Shown here in pieces: positions 42,532 to 52,294 of a stretch of 52,412 nt of DNA (position 1 is its first letter; the number at the start of each line of letters is the position of its first letter). The stretch covers positions 1 through 52,412 of the forward strand of contig JBEDKF010000064.1 of the NCBI GenBank assembly GCA_041172305.1, written 5' to 3'. The stretch is from Actinomycetota bacterium (GTDB lineage Bacteria > Actinomycetota > Actinomycetes > Actinomycetales > Microbacteriaceae). The position numbers and the translations under genes are program-made. The notes under the pieces were generated by a model, which was given only the letters and a program-made list of their open reading frames with translations, did not search any database and had not been told where the DNA came from.

Positions 42532-43959
42532 TTAGCTCTTCTCGTTCTTTGCGGCCTCGGCCTTATTTGCCTGATAGCGAATGTCGCGGGTGAAAAGATC
42601 AGATTCGATTTCGCCACGGATGATGAGTCGAGCTTCTCCGCTTCTAACCGCAACCACAGCTGGCTTGGTCAGAAAGTTGTAGTTGCTCGAAAGCGAGTAG
42701 CAGTAAGCGCCGGTAGCGGCAACCGCTAGCAGGTCATTTGGCTGAACGTCACTCGGAAGATAATCGTGACGAACCACGATATCGCCGCTCTCACAGTGCT
42801 TTCCAACCACACGTGCCAAGGCTGGCTTGGCGTTCGTGCTGCGTGAGGCGAGAGTTACGTGATACTCGGCCTCGTACAACGCTGGGCGAGCGTTATCGCT
42901 CATGCCACCGTCTACAGAAACATACTTGCGAACCGCTGGGGTCGCACCGTCGGTCACACGGACATCCTTGATCGTGCCCACGTTGTAGAGCGTGATTCCG
43001 GCTGGGCCGGCGATGTAGCGACCTGGCTCAAAAGCAAGCTTCGGAACCTGGATTCCCAGAGCCACACACTGCTCGGCCACTACCGCTGTGATTGCATCCG
43101 CAAAGTATCGAAGGTCAGGTGCCTTGTCGGCCGGCTTGTAGTTGACCCCGAAGCCTCCACCTAGGTTTAGCTCTGGGATGTCTCCCCCGACTAGCTCCTG
43201 GGCGTGCAGAGCGAGTAGACGCTTAGTTGATTCGACGAATCCGTCTACGGTGAAAATCTGAGACCCAATGTGCTGGTGGAAACCCAAGAACTTTAGGTGT
43301 GAGTGCGAACGGATCTTCGCGACCAATGCGGGCGCGTCAGCGATCGGGATACCAAACTTTTGGTCTTCACGAGCCGTGGCGAGGAAGTCGTGAGTGTTTG
43401 CGTGAACACCGGTGTTGATTCGCAACCGAACACCTTGGATGGTGTCTTGAGCACCCGCGGTTGCCGCGATGCGCTCGATTTCAATCTCGCTGTCGATCAC
43501 GATCGCACCTACGCCGGCACTGACGGCACGGCCAATTTCTCGCAACGACTTGTTGTTTCCGTGAAGTCCGATTCGCGCTGCTGGGATTCCTCCGGCGAGC
43601 GCCGCAGCTAATTCACCTCCGCTAGAAACGTCGATGTTTAGGCCGAGCTCGCTGATCCAACCGACGATCTCGGTGCTTAGGAACGCCTTGCTGGCGTAGT
43701 AAACCTTTGCTTCGCTGCCGATGCGCTTAGCCGCGTCACCAAGGATGCTGCGTGCTGCGGTTGCGCGAGCCCGAAAGTCATCCTCGTCAATGACGTAAAG
43801 CGGGGTGCCGAACTGGGTTGCAAGTTCGCTAACCGGAACACCTGCGATTTCGACTTCGCCGGTGGCGCGTCGTGATGCATGACGCGGCCAGACACGAGCG
43901 TCAAGAGCGTTTACATCGCCTGGGTATTGCAACCAATCTGGCGCTAGGTGGTTAGACAA
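42532..43959 (-). CDS. lysA: Diaminopimelate decarboxylase
   Basis: YASKAF, HIGSQI, LGGGFG, EPGR, GKHCESGD, TGAY. Confidence 0.97.
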   Translation of the reverse strand: MSNHLAPDWLQYPGDVNALDARVWPRHASRRATGEVEIAGVPVSELATQFGTPLYVIDEDDFRARATAARSILGDAAKRIGSEAKVYYASKAFLSTEIVGWISELGLNIDVSSGGELAAALAGGIPAARIGLHGNNKSLREIGRAVSAGVGAIVIDSEIEIERIAATAGAQDTIQGVRLRINTGVHANTHDFLATAREDQKFGIPIADAPALVAKIRSHSHLKFLGFHQHIGSQIFTVDGFVESTKRLLALHAQELVGGDIPELNLGGGFGVNYKPADKAPDLRYFADAITAVVAEQCVALGIQVPKLAFEPGRYIAGPAGITLYNVGTIKDVRVTDGATPAVRKYVSVDGGMSDNARPALYEAEYHVTLASRSTNAKPALARVVGKHCESGDIVVRHDYLPSDVQPNDLLAVAATGAYCYSLSSNYNFLTKPAVVAVRSGEARLIIRGEIESDLFTRDIRYQANKAEAAKNEKS

Positions 43960-43967
43960 GGAATCCC

Positions 43968-45626
43968 CTACATTCTCTCTGGGGCGCTTACGCCCAGCAG
44001 ATCAAGACCATTGCGCAGAACGACTCCGGCGGCTTCATTGAGCCAGAGGCGGGTGCGGTGAACAGACTCGACTTCGCCGCCAGAAATCGGAGTCACGCGG
44101 CAACTGTCGTACCAGCGGTGGTATGAGCCGGCGACCTCTTCTAGATAGCGTGCAACGCGGTGAGGCTCTTTCAACTCAGCGGCTGAGGCCATTACGCGAG
44201 GAAGTTCGATCAACTTGGCTAGCAAGTCTGACTCGGATGGGTGGTTCAAGAGTTCCGGCTTGAACTCGGAGTTGTCAACGCCGAGGCTGGCCGCATTGAT
44301 TGCAACCTGCTTGGTTCGCGCGTGGGCATATTGCACGTAGAAGACTGGGTTGTCGTTAGTCTTCTTGGCCAGTTGCTCGAGGTCGATGTCTAGGTTCGAG
44401 TTGATCGGAGAACGTGCCAAGGCATAGCGTGCAGCGTCGACGCCAACGGCACTGACTAGGTCTTCCATCGTCACAACGGTTCCGGCACGCTTGGACATAC
44501 GAACAGGTTCTCCGTTGCGAACCAGGTAGACCAGCTGGCCAATCATGATTTCGAGGTTCACGCCTGGCTCGTCGCCATATGCTGCGCAAAGTGCCATCAT
44601 GCGAGGAACGTATCCGTGGTGATCTGCGCCGAGCATGTAAATGCAACGATCAAAGCCACGCGAACGCTTGTCTAGGTAGTAGGCAAGGTCCCCCGCGATA
44701 TATGCAGCTTCGCCATCACTCTTGATGATCACGCGGTCGCGGTCGTCTCCAAAAGTGGTCGAGCGCAACCAAACGGCTCCATCGGCCTCGAAGATGTGAC
44801 CGAGCTCGCGAAGTCGGGCGATGGCCCTGTCTACGGCCTTTGACTCGTATAGCGAGTTCTCGTGAAAGTAGACATCGAAGTCGACACCGAAGTCATGTAG
44901 CGACTCTCGGATTTCCTGGAACATGAGTTCAACACCCGCGGCGCGGAAAGCCTCTTGGGCCTCGGCCTCAGGCAGAGCAAGAACGTCAACGGCGGTTTCG
45001 TCAAGGATTCGCTTTGCAATCTCGTCGATGTAGGCGCCGGCGTAGCCATCTTCCGGAGTTTCCTCGCCCTTGGCGCTAGCCATGAGCGAGCGAGCGAAAC
45101 GGTCTATCTGAGCACCGTGGTCATTGAAGTAATACTCTCGAGTGACCTCTGCGCCTTGCGCCTGAAGGACGCGCGCTAGAGAATCTCCGACTGCGGCCCA
45201 ACGCGTTCCACCGAGGTGGATTGGTCCGGTCGGGTTAGCCGAGACAAACTCGAGGTTTAGCTTGATGCCAGCCATGTCTGTTCCGCGACCAAACGAAGCG
45301 CCTGATTCAACAATGGTCTTGGCAGCCTCGCCGGCGGCGGCAGCACTAAAGGTGATGTTGAGGAATCCTGGGCCAGCGATGTCCACCTTGGCGACACCAT
45401 CGAGAGCTTCAAGCTCAGGAGAGAGTAGCTCCGCAAAGGCACGAGGGTTCATGCCGAACTTACCGGCCAACTGCATGGCTACGTTGGTGGCCCAGTCTCC
45501 GTGGTCTCGGTTCTTCGGGCGTTCAATGACCACTTCGGCAGGTAGTTCGGCAGCACTAAGGCGCCCGCTGGACTGCAGGGCCGAAAGGATGCGAACGATC
45601 GCGGCAGAAAGGTCTGCTGGAGTCAA
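43968..45626 (-). CDS. argS: Arginine--tRNA ligase
   Basis: [40 protein letters not shown]; TTG start. Confidence 0.98.
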   Translation of the reverse strand: MTPADLSAAIVRILSALQSSGRLSAAELPAEVVIERPKNRDHGDWATNVAMQLAGKFGMNPRAFAELLSPELEALDGVAKVDIAGPGFLNITFSAAAAGEAAKTIVESGASFGRGTDMAGIKLNLEFVSANPTGPIHLGGTRWAAVGDSLARVLQAQGAEVTREYYFNDHGAQIDRFARSLMASAKGEETPEDGYAGAYIDEIAKRILDETAVDVLALPEAEAQEAFRAAGVELMFQEIRESLHDFGVDFDVYFHENSLYESKAVDRAIARLRELGHIFEADGAVWLRSTTFGDDRDRVIIKSDGEAAYIAGDLAYYLDKRSRGFDRCIYMLGADHHGYVPRMMALCAAYGDEPGVNLEIMIGQLVYLVRNGEPVRMSKRAGTVVTMEDLVSAVGVDAARYALARSPINSNLDIDLEQLAKKTNDNPVFYVQYAHARTKQVAINAASLGVDNSEFKPELLNHPSESDLLAKLIELPRVMASAAELKEPHRVARYLEEVAGSYHRWYDSCRVTPISGGEVESVHRTRLWLNEAAGVVLRNGLDLLGVSAPERM

Positions 45627-45699
45627 GATGTGGCCTAACCGAAGTGATGGAGGTTCCCGCTACGGTCTGACGTCGCCAAACTCGGAAGGGTACCCCTAA

Positions 45700-45705
45700 A
45701 TCATA
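45700..45705 (-). promoter_or_regulatory. -10 element (TATGAT) for the argS-lysA-hom-thrC-thrB unit
   Basis: TATGAT about 75 nt upstream of the argS TTG. Confidence 0.55.
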
Positions 45706-45730
45706 CCGAAAATGCCTAGATAACGCCTGT

Positions 45731-46681
45731 TTAAGCCTTTGGAACCAACCCAAGGATAGGGTCCGCGGTAACTGGAATTGGGTCACAAAGTTCTCCTACG
45801 AACTCTCCATCCACGTAGTTGATAAAAGCGATTAGGTTCCAGCCGCCGTCTCGGTCTTGGACTAATCGACTCGCGTAGAGCGTTGTGTCTGGAAACAGGG
45901 TTGCATCCTCGAAGTTGATGTCTTGCAAATCTTCGCGCACCGGAATGCTGTAGATACCGCCGATTTCTCCAGCGGCTTTTCGCTCTTCCGAGAGCCAGAT
46001 GGGTCCGCAACAGAACAGAATGATCGGCACACCATCCACGATTTCGTATTGGAACACCTCGGTTTCGCCGAAACCCTGATCTGGAGCAGACAGCGGCGCT
46101 TGAACCACCCAATTGACTAGGTCATTGGACTTCGATATGGCCATGGCTGCGGCTTGGCGAGGGTCGGTCGAGTCTTTTAATTCCGCCGTAGTAAGCATCG
46201 TCCATCCGGTTTCACCTGCCATCTTGAATACCCAAGGGTCTCGGAAAGGCTCGTTGCTGAAACCACCAGAGAGTGTCTTGAACCAACGAGGGTCCGCTGA
46301 CACTACCGGCAGATTTTCGACCTTGTTCCAGGTGATCAGATCATCCGAGGTAGCGGCACATACGGTCTGGCGCGCGCCGGCATCTTCGCGGCTGGTTCCC
46401 GTATAAAACATTCGCCACTTACCGTTGTCTTCACGCACCACCGAGCCCGTCCAGGTGGTCCAACTATCTGCGGCAGGTGCCTCGCTCGGTGCTAGCGCAT
46501 CCGCAACGACTGTCCAGTTCTTGAGGTCGTTGCTGATCGCGTGCCCCACGGATGTGTTTCGGTGACGGCGCTCTGGGTTACCAAGCGCGCGGCTGGCCTG
46601 AAGATAAAACGCGTGGTGATTTTCACCATCGAAAACGAACCAGGAATCCCACACCCATTGCCCGGGTAACCTCAGTGCCAT
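45731..46681 (-). CDS. Clan GH-J five-bladed beta-propeller glycoside hydrolase (GH32-like beta-fructofuranosidase)
   Basis: Start moved to ATG 46681 (GGAGG SD); WVWD nucleophile, GHAISNDLKNW, WTGS, FRDP, E acid/base (GETEV). Confidence 0.85.
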   Translation of the reverse strand: MALRLPGQWVWDSWFVFDGENHHAFYLQASRALGNPERRHRNTSVGHAISNDLKNWTVVADALAPSEAPAADSWTTWTGSVVREDNGKWRMFYTGTSREDAGARQTVCAATSDDLITWNKVENLPVVSADPRWFKTLSGGFSNEPFRDPWVFKMAGETGWTMLTTAELKDSTDPRQAAAMAISKSNDLVNWVVQAPLSAPDQGFGETEVFQYEIVDGVPIILFCCGPIWLSEERKAAGEIGGIYSIPVREDLQDINFEDATLFPDTTLYASRLVQDRDGGWNLIAFINYVDGEFVGELCDPIPVTADPILGLVPKA

Positions 46682-46749
46682 TAGCGCCCTCCATGGTTTC
46701 TGCCGAGCCACAATGATAACCGCCCGCTGTTAGGCTTAAGGCAACCTAA

Positions 46750-46822
46750 GCCCCTATAGCTCAGGGGATCAGAGCATTGCCCTCCGAAGGCATGTGCGCA
46801 GGTTCGAATCCTGCTAGGGGCA
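46750..46822 (+). tRNA. tRNA-Arg (CCG)
   Basis: Acceptor GCCCCTA/TAGGGGC, D arm GCTC/GAGC, anticodon loop CT-CCG-AA, T arm GCAGG-TTCGAAT-CCTGC; CCA not encoded. Confidence 0.93.
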
Positions 46823-46823
46823 C

Positions 46824-47492
46824 ATGTTTGGAATGGATTGGCTAAAGCCAGAAACACTCATCACCTCATTCGGCGCGTTCGCGATGATCGGGGTGATGAC
46901 TATCGTGTTTATCGAAACCGGGTTGCTGATTGGCTTCTTCCTGCCGGGTGACTCACTTCTGTTCGTCACTGGTCTGATGGTCGCTACCGGCGCTATCCAG
47001 ATTCCACTTGGCGACTCGAGTTTTGTCGTTCCGATCTGGTTGGCCTGCCTTCTTATCTCTATGGCCGCCTGGCTAGGTGACCAAACCGGTTACTTCATTG
47101 GTCGACGCGTGGGGCCTGCGATTTTCAACAAGCCGGAATCAAGACTCTTCAGCCAGAAGAACGTTTCTAGAACCAACGCATTCTTTGAGCGCTATGGCGC
47201 TCGAGCGATCATCCTGGCTCACTTTGTGCCGGTGATGCGCACCTTCGTTCCGGTGGCGGCAGGTGTCGGCCAGATGCCTTACCGCAGATTCCTGCGCTAC
47301 AACTTCATCGGCGTAATCGGGTGGGGAACCGGCGTCACGCTGCTGGGGTTCTTCTTAGGCAAGATCCCATTCGTAGCTCAACACGTTGAATACTTCACGA
47401 TCGGCTTCGTCGTGGTTTCAACCATTCCGATTGTCATCGAGATAGTCCGCGCTCGTCGCGAACACAACCGAGAAGAACTGCTCGGCAAATAA
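46824..47492 (+). CDS. DedA/VTT family membrane protein
   Basis: FIETGLLIGFFLPGDSLLF, GDQTGYFIGR, FFERYG, FVPVMRTFVP. Confidence 0.93.
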   Translation: MFGMDWLKPETLITSFGAFAMIGVMTIVFIETGLLIGFFLPGDSLLFVTGLMVATGAIQIPLGDSSFVVPIWLACLLISMAAWLGDQTGYFIGRRVGPAIFNKPESRLFSQKNVSRTNAFFERYGARAIILAHFVPVMRTFVPVAAGVGQMPYRRFLRYNFIGVIGWGTGVTLLGFFLGKIPFVAQHVEYFTIGFVVVSTIPIVIEIVRARREHNREELLGK

Positions 47493-47498
47493 ACGCAT

Positions 47499-48077
47499 CT
47501 AAGCGATGGCGTTTAGATAGCTGGCTAGCTGCTCCAACGCCAATGCGCGGTGGCTCATCGAATTCTTAACCTCTGGGTCCAGCTGCGCCGCGGTCACTTC
47601 AAAACCCTCAGGGATGAAAATCGGGTCGTACCCGAAACCGTGCTCACCGTGCTCTTCGGTGGCTACTCGGCCTGGCCAAATGCCGGTGAAACTCGCCTCA
47701 CCATCCGGGCCAACCAAAGCAATTGTGCAGACGAATGCCGCCGCGCGGTTCTCTTCAGCCACATCGGAAAGTTGAGCTAACAGCAACTGGCGATTTGCCA
47801 CGTTATCGCGACCACCAGCCCAACGCGCAGAGAAGATTCCCGGGGACCCTCCAAGAATTTCTACAGCGATTCCTGAATCATCTGCCATCGAAGGCAATCC
47901 GGTGTGTGCAAAGGCCGCACGCGCCTTGATGAGCGCGTTTTCGAGGTAACTCGTGCCGTCTTCAACCGGCTCAGGGCCGTCGTAACCGAGCAACTCAAGG
48001 CTATCGACAGACGCTCCTAGGATGGCTCCCAGTTCGGTGACTTTATGGGCATTGTGAGTGGCTAGGACGATCTGCAT
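47499..48077 (-). CDS. rdgB: Non-canonical purine NTP pyrophosphatase
   Basis: ATHNAHK, ENALIKA, ADDSG, GFGYDPIF, KNSMSHR. Confidence 0.96.
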   Translation of the reverse strand: MQIVLATHNAHKVTELGAILGASVDSLELLGYDGPEPVEDGTSYLENALIKARAAFAHTGLPSMADDSGIAVEILGGSPGIFSARWAGGRDNVANRQLLLAQLSDVAEENRAAAFVCTIALVGPDGEASFTGIWPGRVATEEHGEHGFGYDPIFIPEGFEVTAAQLDPEVKNSMSHRALALEQLASYLNAIA

Positions 48078-48814
48078 TAGCCGGTTACCTCGGCAAGAAT
48101 TGCCTGCTGGATAAGGGTCAACTCAGAGGTTCCCTTGAGCGCGACGTCAAGCAGTGCGTTGAGCTCATCGCGGTCGAACGGAACGCCTTCGGCTGTTCCC
48201 TGGACCTCAACAAACTTTCCGCTGCCGGTGACAACGACGTTCATGTCTGTCTCGGCCCGCACATCCTCGCTGTAGGCAAGGTCCAGCATCGGCACACCAT
48301 CAATGATGCCGACCGAAATCGCGGCGACACTGTCGCTCAAAGGCTTCGACTTCTGAGCAATGAACTTGTTCTTCTTGCCCCACTCAATGGCGTCTGCCAG
48401 CGCGATGAATGCCCCGGTGATTGCCGCGGTGCGGGTTCCGCCATCAGCCTGCAAAACGTCACAGTCGATCACGATGGTGTTTTCACCAAGCTCGCGCACA
48501 TCGACTACGGCACGCAAACTGCGGCCGATCAGGCGCGAAATTTCGTGGGTGCGTCCACCGATTTTGCCCTTTACCGCTTCGCGATCGTTGCGGGTGTGGG
48601 TGGCACGCGGCAGCATCGCATACTCGGCGGTGACCCAGCCCTCACCCTTGCCAACCTTCCAGCGCGGAACACCATTGGTGAACGATGCCGTGCAAAGGAC
48701 CTTGGTTCCGCCGAATGAAATCAGAGCCGACCCTTCCGCGTGCTCGCTCCATCCGCGTTCCACGGTAACGGTGCGAAGTTCGTCTGGGGTGCGGCCATCG
48801 GCGCGAAGGGTCAT
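48077..48814 (-). CDS. rph: Ribonuclease PH
   Basis: [39 protein letters not shown]. Confidence 0.98.
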   Translation of the reverse strand: MTLRADGRTPDELRTVTVERGWSEHAEGSALISFGGTKVLCTASFTNGVPRWKVGKGEGWVTAEYAMLPRATHTRNDREAVKGKIGGRTHEISRLIGRSLRAVVDVRELGENTIVIDCDVLQADGGTRTAAITGAFIALADAIEWGKKNKFIAQKSKPLSDSVAAISVGIIDGVPMLDLAYSEDVRAETDMNVVVTGSGKFVEVQGTAEGVPFDRDELNALLDVALKGTSELTLIQQAILAEVTG

Positions 48815-48838
48815 GATTCTCCTATTGGTAAAAGGGTT

Positions 48839-49642
48839 TTAGCCGAGGTGTTCGACTCGAGCCACTTCTGGGCCCAAAAATCTGCGTGCAAGTTTGCCAA
48901 AAGACTCAGCGTCACCGGTCGCCTGGAACCGGAGACTTGGTGCATCTTTGCTGGTTCTCTGCAGGTCGTGCGCCACGAGAGTTCGATAAACATCCTTGGC
49001 GGTTTCTTCGGCGCTCGAAACCAGCGTCACGTCCTCCCCCATCACGTATGAAATCGCGCCGGTAAGCAGCGGATAGTGAGTGCAACCCAGAACCAGGGTG
49101 TCTACCCCTGAATCTCGAATCGGGCCGAGGTATTCTTCGGCAGCAGCCAAAAGCTCGGGGCCCGATGTAACACCGCGCTCAACGAAATCGACAAACCGCG
49201 GGCAGGCAGCGCTGCTAATTTCAAGGTCAACAGCGGCCGCAAAAGCGTCATCGTATGCCTTTGAGTTAATGGTCGCCATGGTGCCAATCACGCCCACCTT
49301 GCGATTTCTCGTGGATGCAACAGCACGTCGGACTGCCGGCTGGATCACTTCAACCACGGGGATTCCGCGGCCCTCCGTATAGCGTTCGCGGGCATCGCGA
49401 AGAACGGCTGCCGAGGCTGAGTTACAGGCAATTACAAGGAGCTTTACGCCTTCGTCGACCAGGCGATCCATGACTTTGAGCGCGAGTTCGCGCACTTCTG
49501 GGATGCTCTTTGGGCCATACGGGGTGTTTGCAGTGTCGCCGACGTAAATGATCGATTCGTTCGGCAACTGGTCGATGATTGCTCGAGCTACGGTCAGGCC
49601 GCCAACTCCAGAGTCAAAAATACCGATAGGTGCATCATTCAC
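48839..49642 (-). CDS. murI: Glutamate racemase
   Basis: [27 protein letters not shown]. Confidence 0.97.
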   Translation of the reverse strand: MNDAPIGIFDSGVGGLTVARAIIDQLPNESIIYVGDTANTPYGPKSIPEVRELALKVMDRLVDEGVKLLVIACNSASAAVLRDARERYTEGRGIPVVEVIQPAVRRAVASTRNRKVGVIGTMATINSKAYDDAFAAAVDLEISSAACPRFVDFVERGVTSGPELLAAAEEYLGPIRDSGVDTLVLGCTHYPLLTGAISYVMGEDVTLVSSAEETAKDVYRTLVAHDLQRTSKDAPSLRFQATGDAESFGKLARRFLGPEVARVEHLG

Positions 49643-49663
49643 AAGGATGAGTCTACCTTTGGG

Positions 49664-49951
49664 CTATTTCTCTGGGTTGGAACTCTTAGGGTCTTCCGGT
49701 CGCAATCCGTCGTAAATGTCTTTGCAGGTAGGGCAGATCGGAAACTTCTCAGGGTCGCGACCAGGAACCCAAACTTTGCCGCAAAGTGCGATCACTGGCG
49801 TGCCTAGAACAGCAGACTCAACGATTTTCTCTTTGCGCACGTAGTGGGAATTGCGCTCGTGGTCACCAGGATCGACATTCTGAACTTGCTCTTCTAGAAG
49901 AGTCGAGCCAGCGGACTGACCGCCGATTCCCTCGCGTCCAAAATCATCCAT
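49664..49951 (-). CDS. DUF3039 family protein
   Basis: Start moved to ATG 49951 (GAGGAG SD); HYV, ALCGKVWVP, PICPTC metal-binding pattern. Confidence 0.88.
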   Translation of the reverse strand: MDDFGREGIGGQSAGSTLLEEQVQNVDPGDHERNSHYVRKEKIVESAVLGTPVIALCGKVWVPGRDPEKFPICPTCKDIYDGLRPEDPKSSNPEK

Positions 49952-49964
49952 GACTAACTCCTCG

Positions 49965-51176
49965 TTACTGCTTTCCAGCGTCACCCAAGACTACATTCAA
50001 GGTAACGTTCTTGCCATCTCGGATGAGTTCAACGATGGCCTTTGATCCGGCTTTTTCTTGGCGGACCGCAGCGGTGAGTTCACTGGCTGAAGTAATGGTT
50101 GCCCCATTGAACTTGGTGACGATATCTCCAACGAGCATTCCGCCCTTCTCGGCAGCGCCACCCGAGCTCAGCTTTACGACTTTCGCGCCAACGCTGAAAC
50201 TAGCCGCGGCATCAGAGTTTGCCGAGTCGGTAACCATCGCCCCCAACAAAGCGTGGCTCGCGGTGCCAGTCGCCATGATTTCCTTAGCGATGCGCTGAGC
50301 CACATTTGAAGGAATCGCGAAGCCAACACCGATGCTGCCTGCGGTTCCTCCAGCGTTGGCAATCGCGACGTTGATGCCGATCAATTCACCTTGCTGGTTC
50401 AACAACGCTCCACCAGAGTTGCCCGGGTTGATAGCTGCATCGGTCTGGATAACTCGCAGGTTGATCGAATCGCCAGATCCGCTGTAGAACTGGAGCCCGC
50501 CACCGTTTGAGTTATCAGGAGCCGCCGCGGAAGCAACCTGAATGGTGCGGTTCAAGGCTGAGACGATTCCGTTCGTCACCGTGTTTGAGAGACCGAGCGG
50601 CGCGCCAATTGCTACCGTCGCGTCGCCGACATTCAACTTGCTCGAATCGGCAAAGGTGATTGGCGTGAACTGAATAGGAGCAGAAACCTTGATCACGGCA
50701 AGGTCATTAGTCGGGTCTGTGCCGACAATCTGGCCAGGATAAATTCGCCCGTCGAAGGTCTTAACTTCGATTTTGACCGATGCGGTAGCACCATCCAAGG
50801 TGACTACGTGGGTATTGGTAAGCAAATAACCATCCGAGGTGAGAAAAACACCGGACCCGTTGCCGCCACCGGAAGAGCTAGAGACCGAGATAGTCGCAAC
50901 CGAAGGAGACGCCTTGGCAGCAGCCGCAGTTACCCAGGAAACGCTGTCTGCGTTGTTCACGATTACCGGGGCCGGACGGGTCCAGTAGTTATAAACGCCA
51001 ATTCCGACGCCGGCACCGACGGCAGCACCGAGCGATGCGCCAATGACGAGAACGGCCGTGCCGGTGAGAATGGTGGTTCGCTTTGCCAAGCGCTCGCGAA
51101 GGGTGAGCTTTTTGGCCGGCACAAACCCTTGAGCCGTTTTGGTCTCAAACAAAAACTGGCGGTTGTAATCAGACAC
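49965..51176 (-). CDS. HtrA-type (S1C) membrane serine protease with PDZ domain
   Basis: Start moved to GTG 51176 (GAAAGG SD); TM helix, TNTHV, DLAV, QTDAAINPGNSGG, PDZ. Confidence 0.93.
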   Translation of the reverse strand: MSDYNRQFLFETKTAQGFVPAKKLTLRERLAKRTTILTGTAVLVIGASLGAAVGAGVGIGVYNYWTRPAPVIVNNADSVSWVTAAAAKASPSVATISVSSSSGGGNGSGVFLTSDGYLLTNTHVVTLDGATASVKIEVKTFDGRIYPGQIVGTDPTNDLAVIKVSAPIQFTPITFADSSKLNVGDATVAIGAPLGLSNTVTNGIVSALNRTIQVASAAAPDNSNGGGLQFYSGSGDSINLRVIQTDAAINPGNSGGALLNQQGELIGINVAIANAGGTAGSIGVGFAIPSNVAQRIAKEIMATGTASHALLGAMVTDSANSDAAASFSVGAKVVKLSSGGAAEKGGMLVGDIVTKFNGATITSASELTAAVRQEKAGSKAIVELIRDGKNVTLNVVLGDAGKQ

Positions 51177-51221
51177 GTCTAACCTTTCAAACTTTGCTTT
51201 GCAATGAGCATCGCAAGCAAG

Positions 51222-51259
51222 CCTGAACAGTCTATGAAAACAACCTGAAAGTTGCCTGA
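51222..51259 (-). repeat. Four TCAGG-like direct repeats with 11-bp period upstream of htrA
   Basis: Plus strand cctga 51222, tatga 51233, cctga 51244, cctga 51255. Confidence 0.7.
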
Positions 51260-51262
51260 TGG

Positions 51263-52186
51263 TTAAGGGTTGCAACCAAACACGCTGCGCTTGCCAAGGC
51301 AGTTTTCGCCGACAAGGCGAAACACTTTCGCTTGCGGCGCCCTTGGCGGGGCGACGGGCAGGTCGAGCGTCTGAACCGGCATGGACAGCGAGTCAGAGAC
51401 GACTATTTCACCGCTAGAAACCCAACCGGATGCGCCAGAAATTTGGTATTCCACCGAGTAGCGGACGGAGGCAACGACATCGAACGATCCGACAGCAGAG
51501 AAGCCGTGGGCTATGACCTCGCCGGCACCGGAATCGCCGTCACCAAAATCCCAGTGGGTGTTTACGGGGGTAAACCTGACATCGGTGGGTTTACCGAGAA
51601 GACTTCCTGACTTGTAGTGGATCGAGTTTGGAGCCCAGAACGCTACCTCCTCCCCAACCGAAGCAACATCCTTCGCTACCCAAATCGCGAGAGGTTCCGG
51701 AGAAAAACTCACCTCGGCAGATGATGACTTGATCGAACTAGAGCTGGAAGCATTCGGTGCCGAACTCGGCTTCGCTGGGGTCGGTTTGGCGGTGGGTTTT
51801 GCAACAGGCTTCGGCGTGGGTTGGGGTGTCGGTTTGAGCAAGGATGTTGGCACGCCTTTTTGAATTGGAGTTAGTAGCGCTGGTTTGGCCGGAGTTGCTG
51901 GCGCTGGCTTGGTCGTGGCAGTAGCAACTGGCTTTGGGGAGGGTTTCGCCGGAGCCACCGTCGGAGGTTTTGGCGCTGCAGGCTTAGCCGGAGCCGTCGT
52001 TTTGGTTGAGACAACCGATTTGGCGCAAACGGTAACCGAACTTGGCCCAGTGTTGGCGGAGTATGAGAATCCGGAGCTTGATGAGGTGCTGCAGGCCCAC
52101 ACCGGGATGGGTGAGAACTGATAGGCAGCCATGAGGAACCCGGCGGTAGCCAGGATGAGTGTGCGATTGGCTTGGAAGAGTTTCAT
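51263..52186 (-). CDS. Secreted protein with Pro/Lys/Thr-rich linker and C-terminal PKD-like domain
   Basis: Start moved to ATG 52186; signal-like N-terminus; HWDFGDG...HGFSAVGSFDV PKD motif; Cys pairs at both ends. Confidence 0.8.
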   Translation of the reverse strand: MKLFQANRTLILATAGFLMAAYQFSPIPVWACSTSSSSGFSYSANTGPSSVTVCAKSVVSTKTTAPAKPAAPKPPTVAPAKPSPKPVATATTKPAPATPAKPALLTPIQKGVPTSLLKPTPQPTPKPVAKPTAKPTPAKPSSAPNASSSSSIKSSSAEVSFSPEPLAIWVAKDVASVGEEVAFWAPNSIHYKSGSLLGKPTDVRFTPVNTHWDFGDGDSGAGEVIAHGFSAVGSFDVVASVRYSVEYQISGASGWVSSGEIVVSDSLSMPVQTLDLPVAPPRAPQAKVFRLVGENCLGKRSVFGCNP

Positions 52187-52233
52187 GTGCGAAATACTCG
52201 CAACTCTGTGGCCTCGACGCCGAAACAATCCAC

Positions 52234-52271
52234 AAAGAAAAACCCGGCCCACGAATGGGCCGGGTTTCTTT
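52234..52271 (-). terminator. Intrinsic terminator downstream of tRNA-fMet
   Basis: aaacccggccca-cgaa-tgggccgggttt with flanking A/T tracts. Confidence 0.88.
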
Positions 52272-52294
52272 CACCGCTAGCGATGTGTTTCTAG

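Noticed and set aside
45627-47500. Integrative element at tRNA-Arg
   Set aside because: No integrase and no duplicated tRNA 3' end were seen; flanks are housekeeping genes
51177-51275. 33-aa N-terminal extension of HtrA in the ORF track
   Set aside because: Covers the promoter repeats; the SD supports GTG 51176
52187-52274. Upstream extension of the PKD-like ORF and the 96-aa overlapping ORF
   Set aside because: Both start within or beside the tRNA terminator hairpin; the signal peptide begins at ATG 52186
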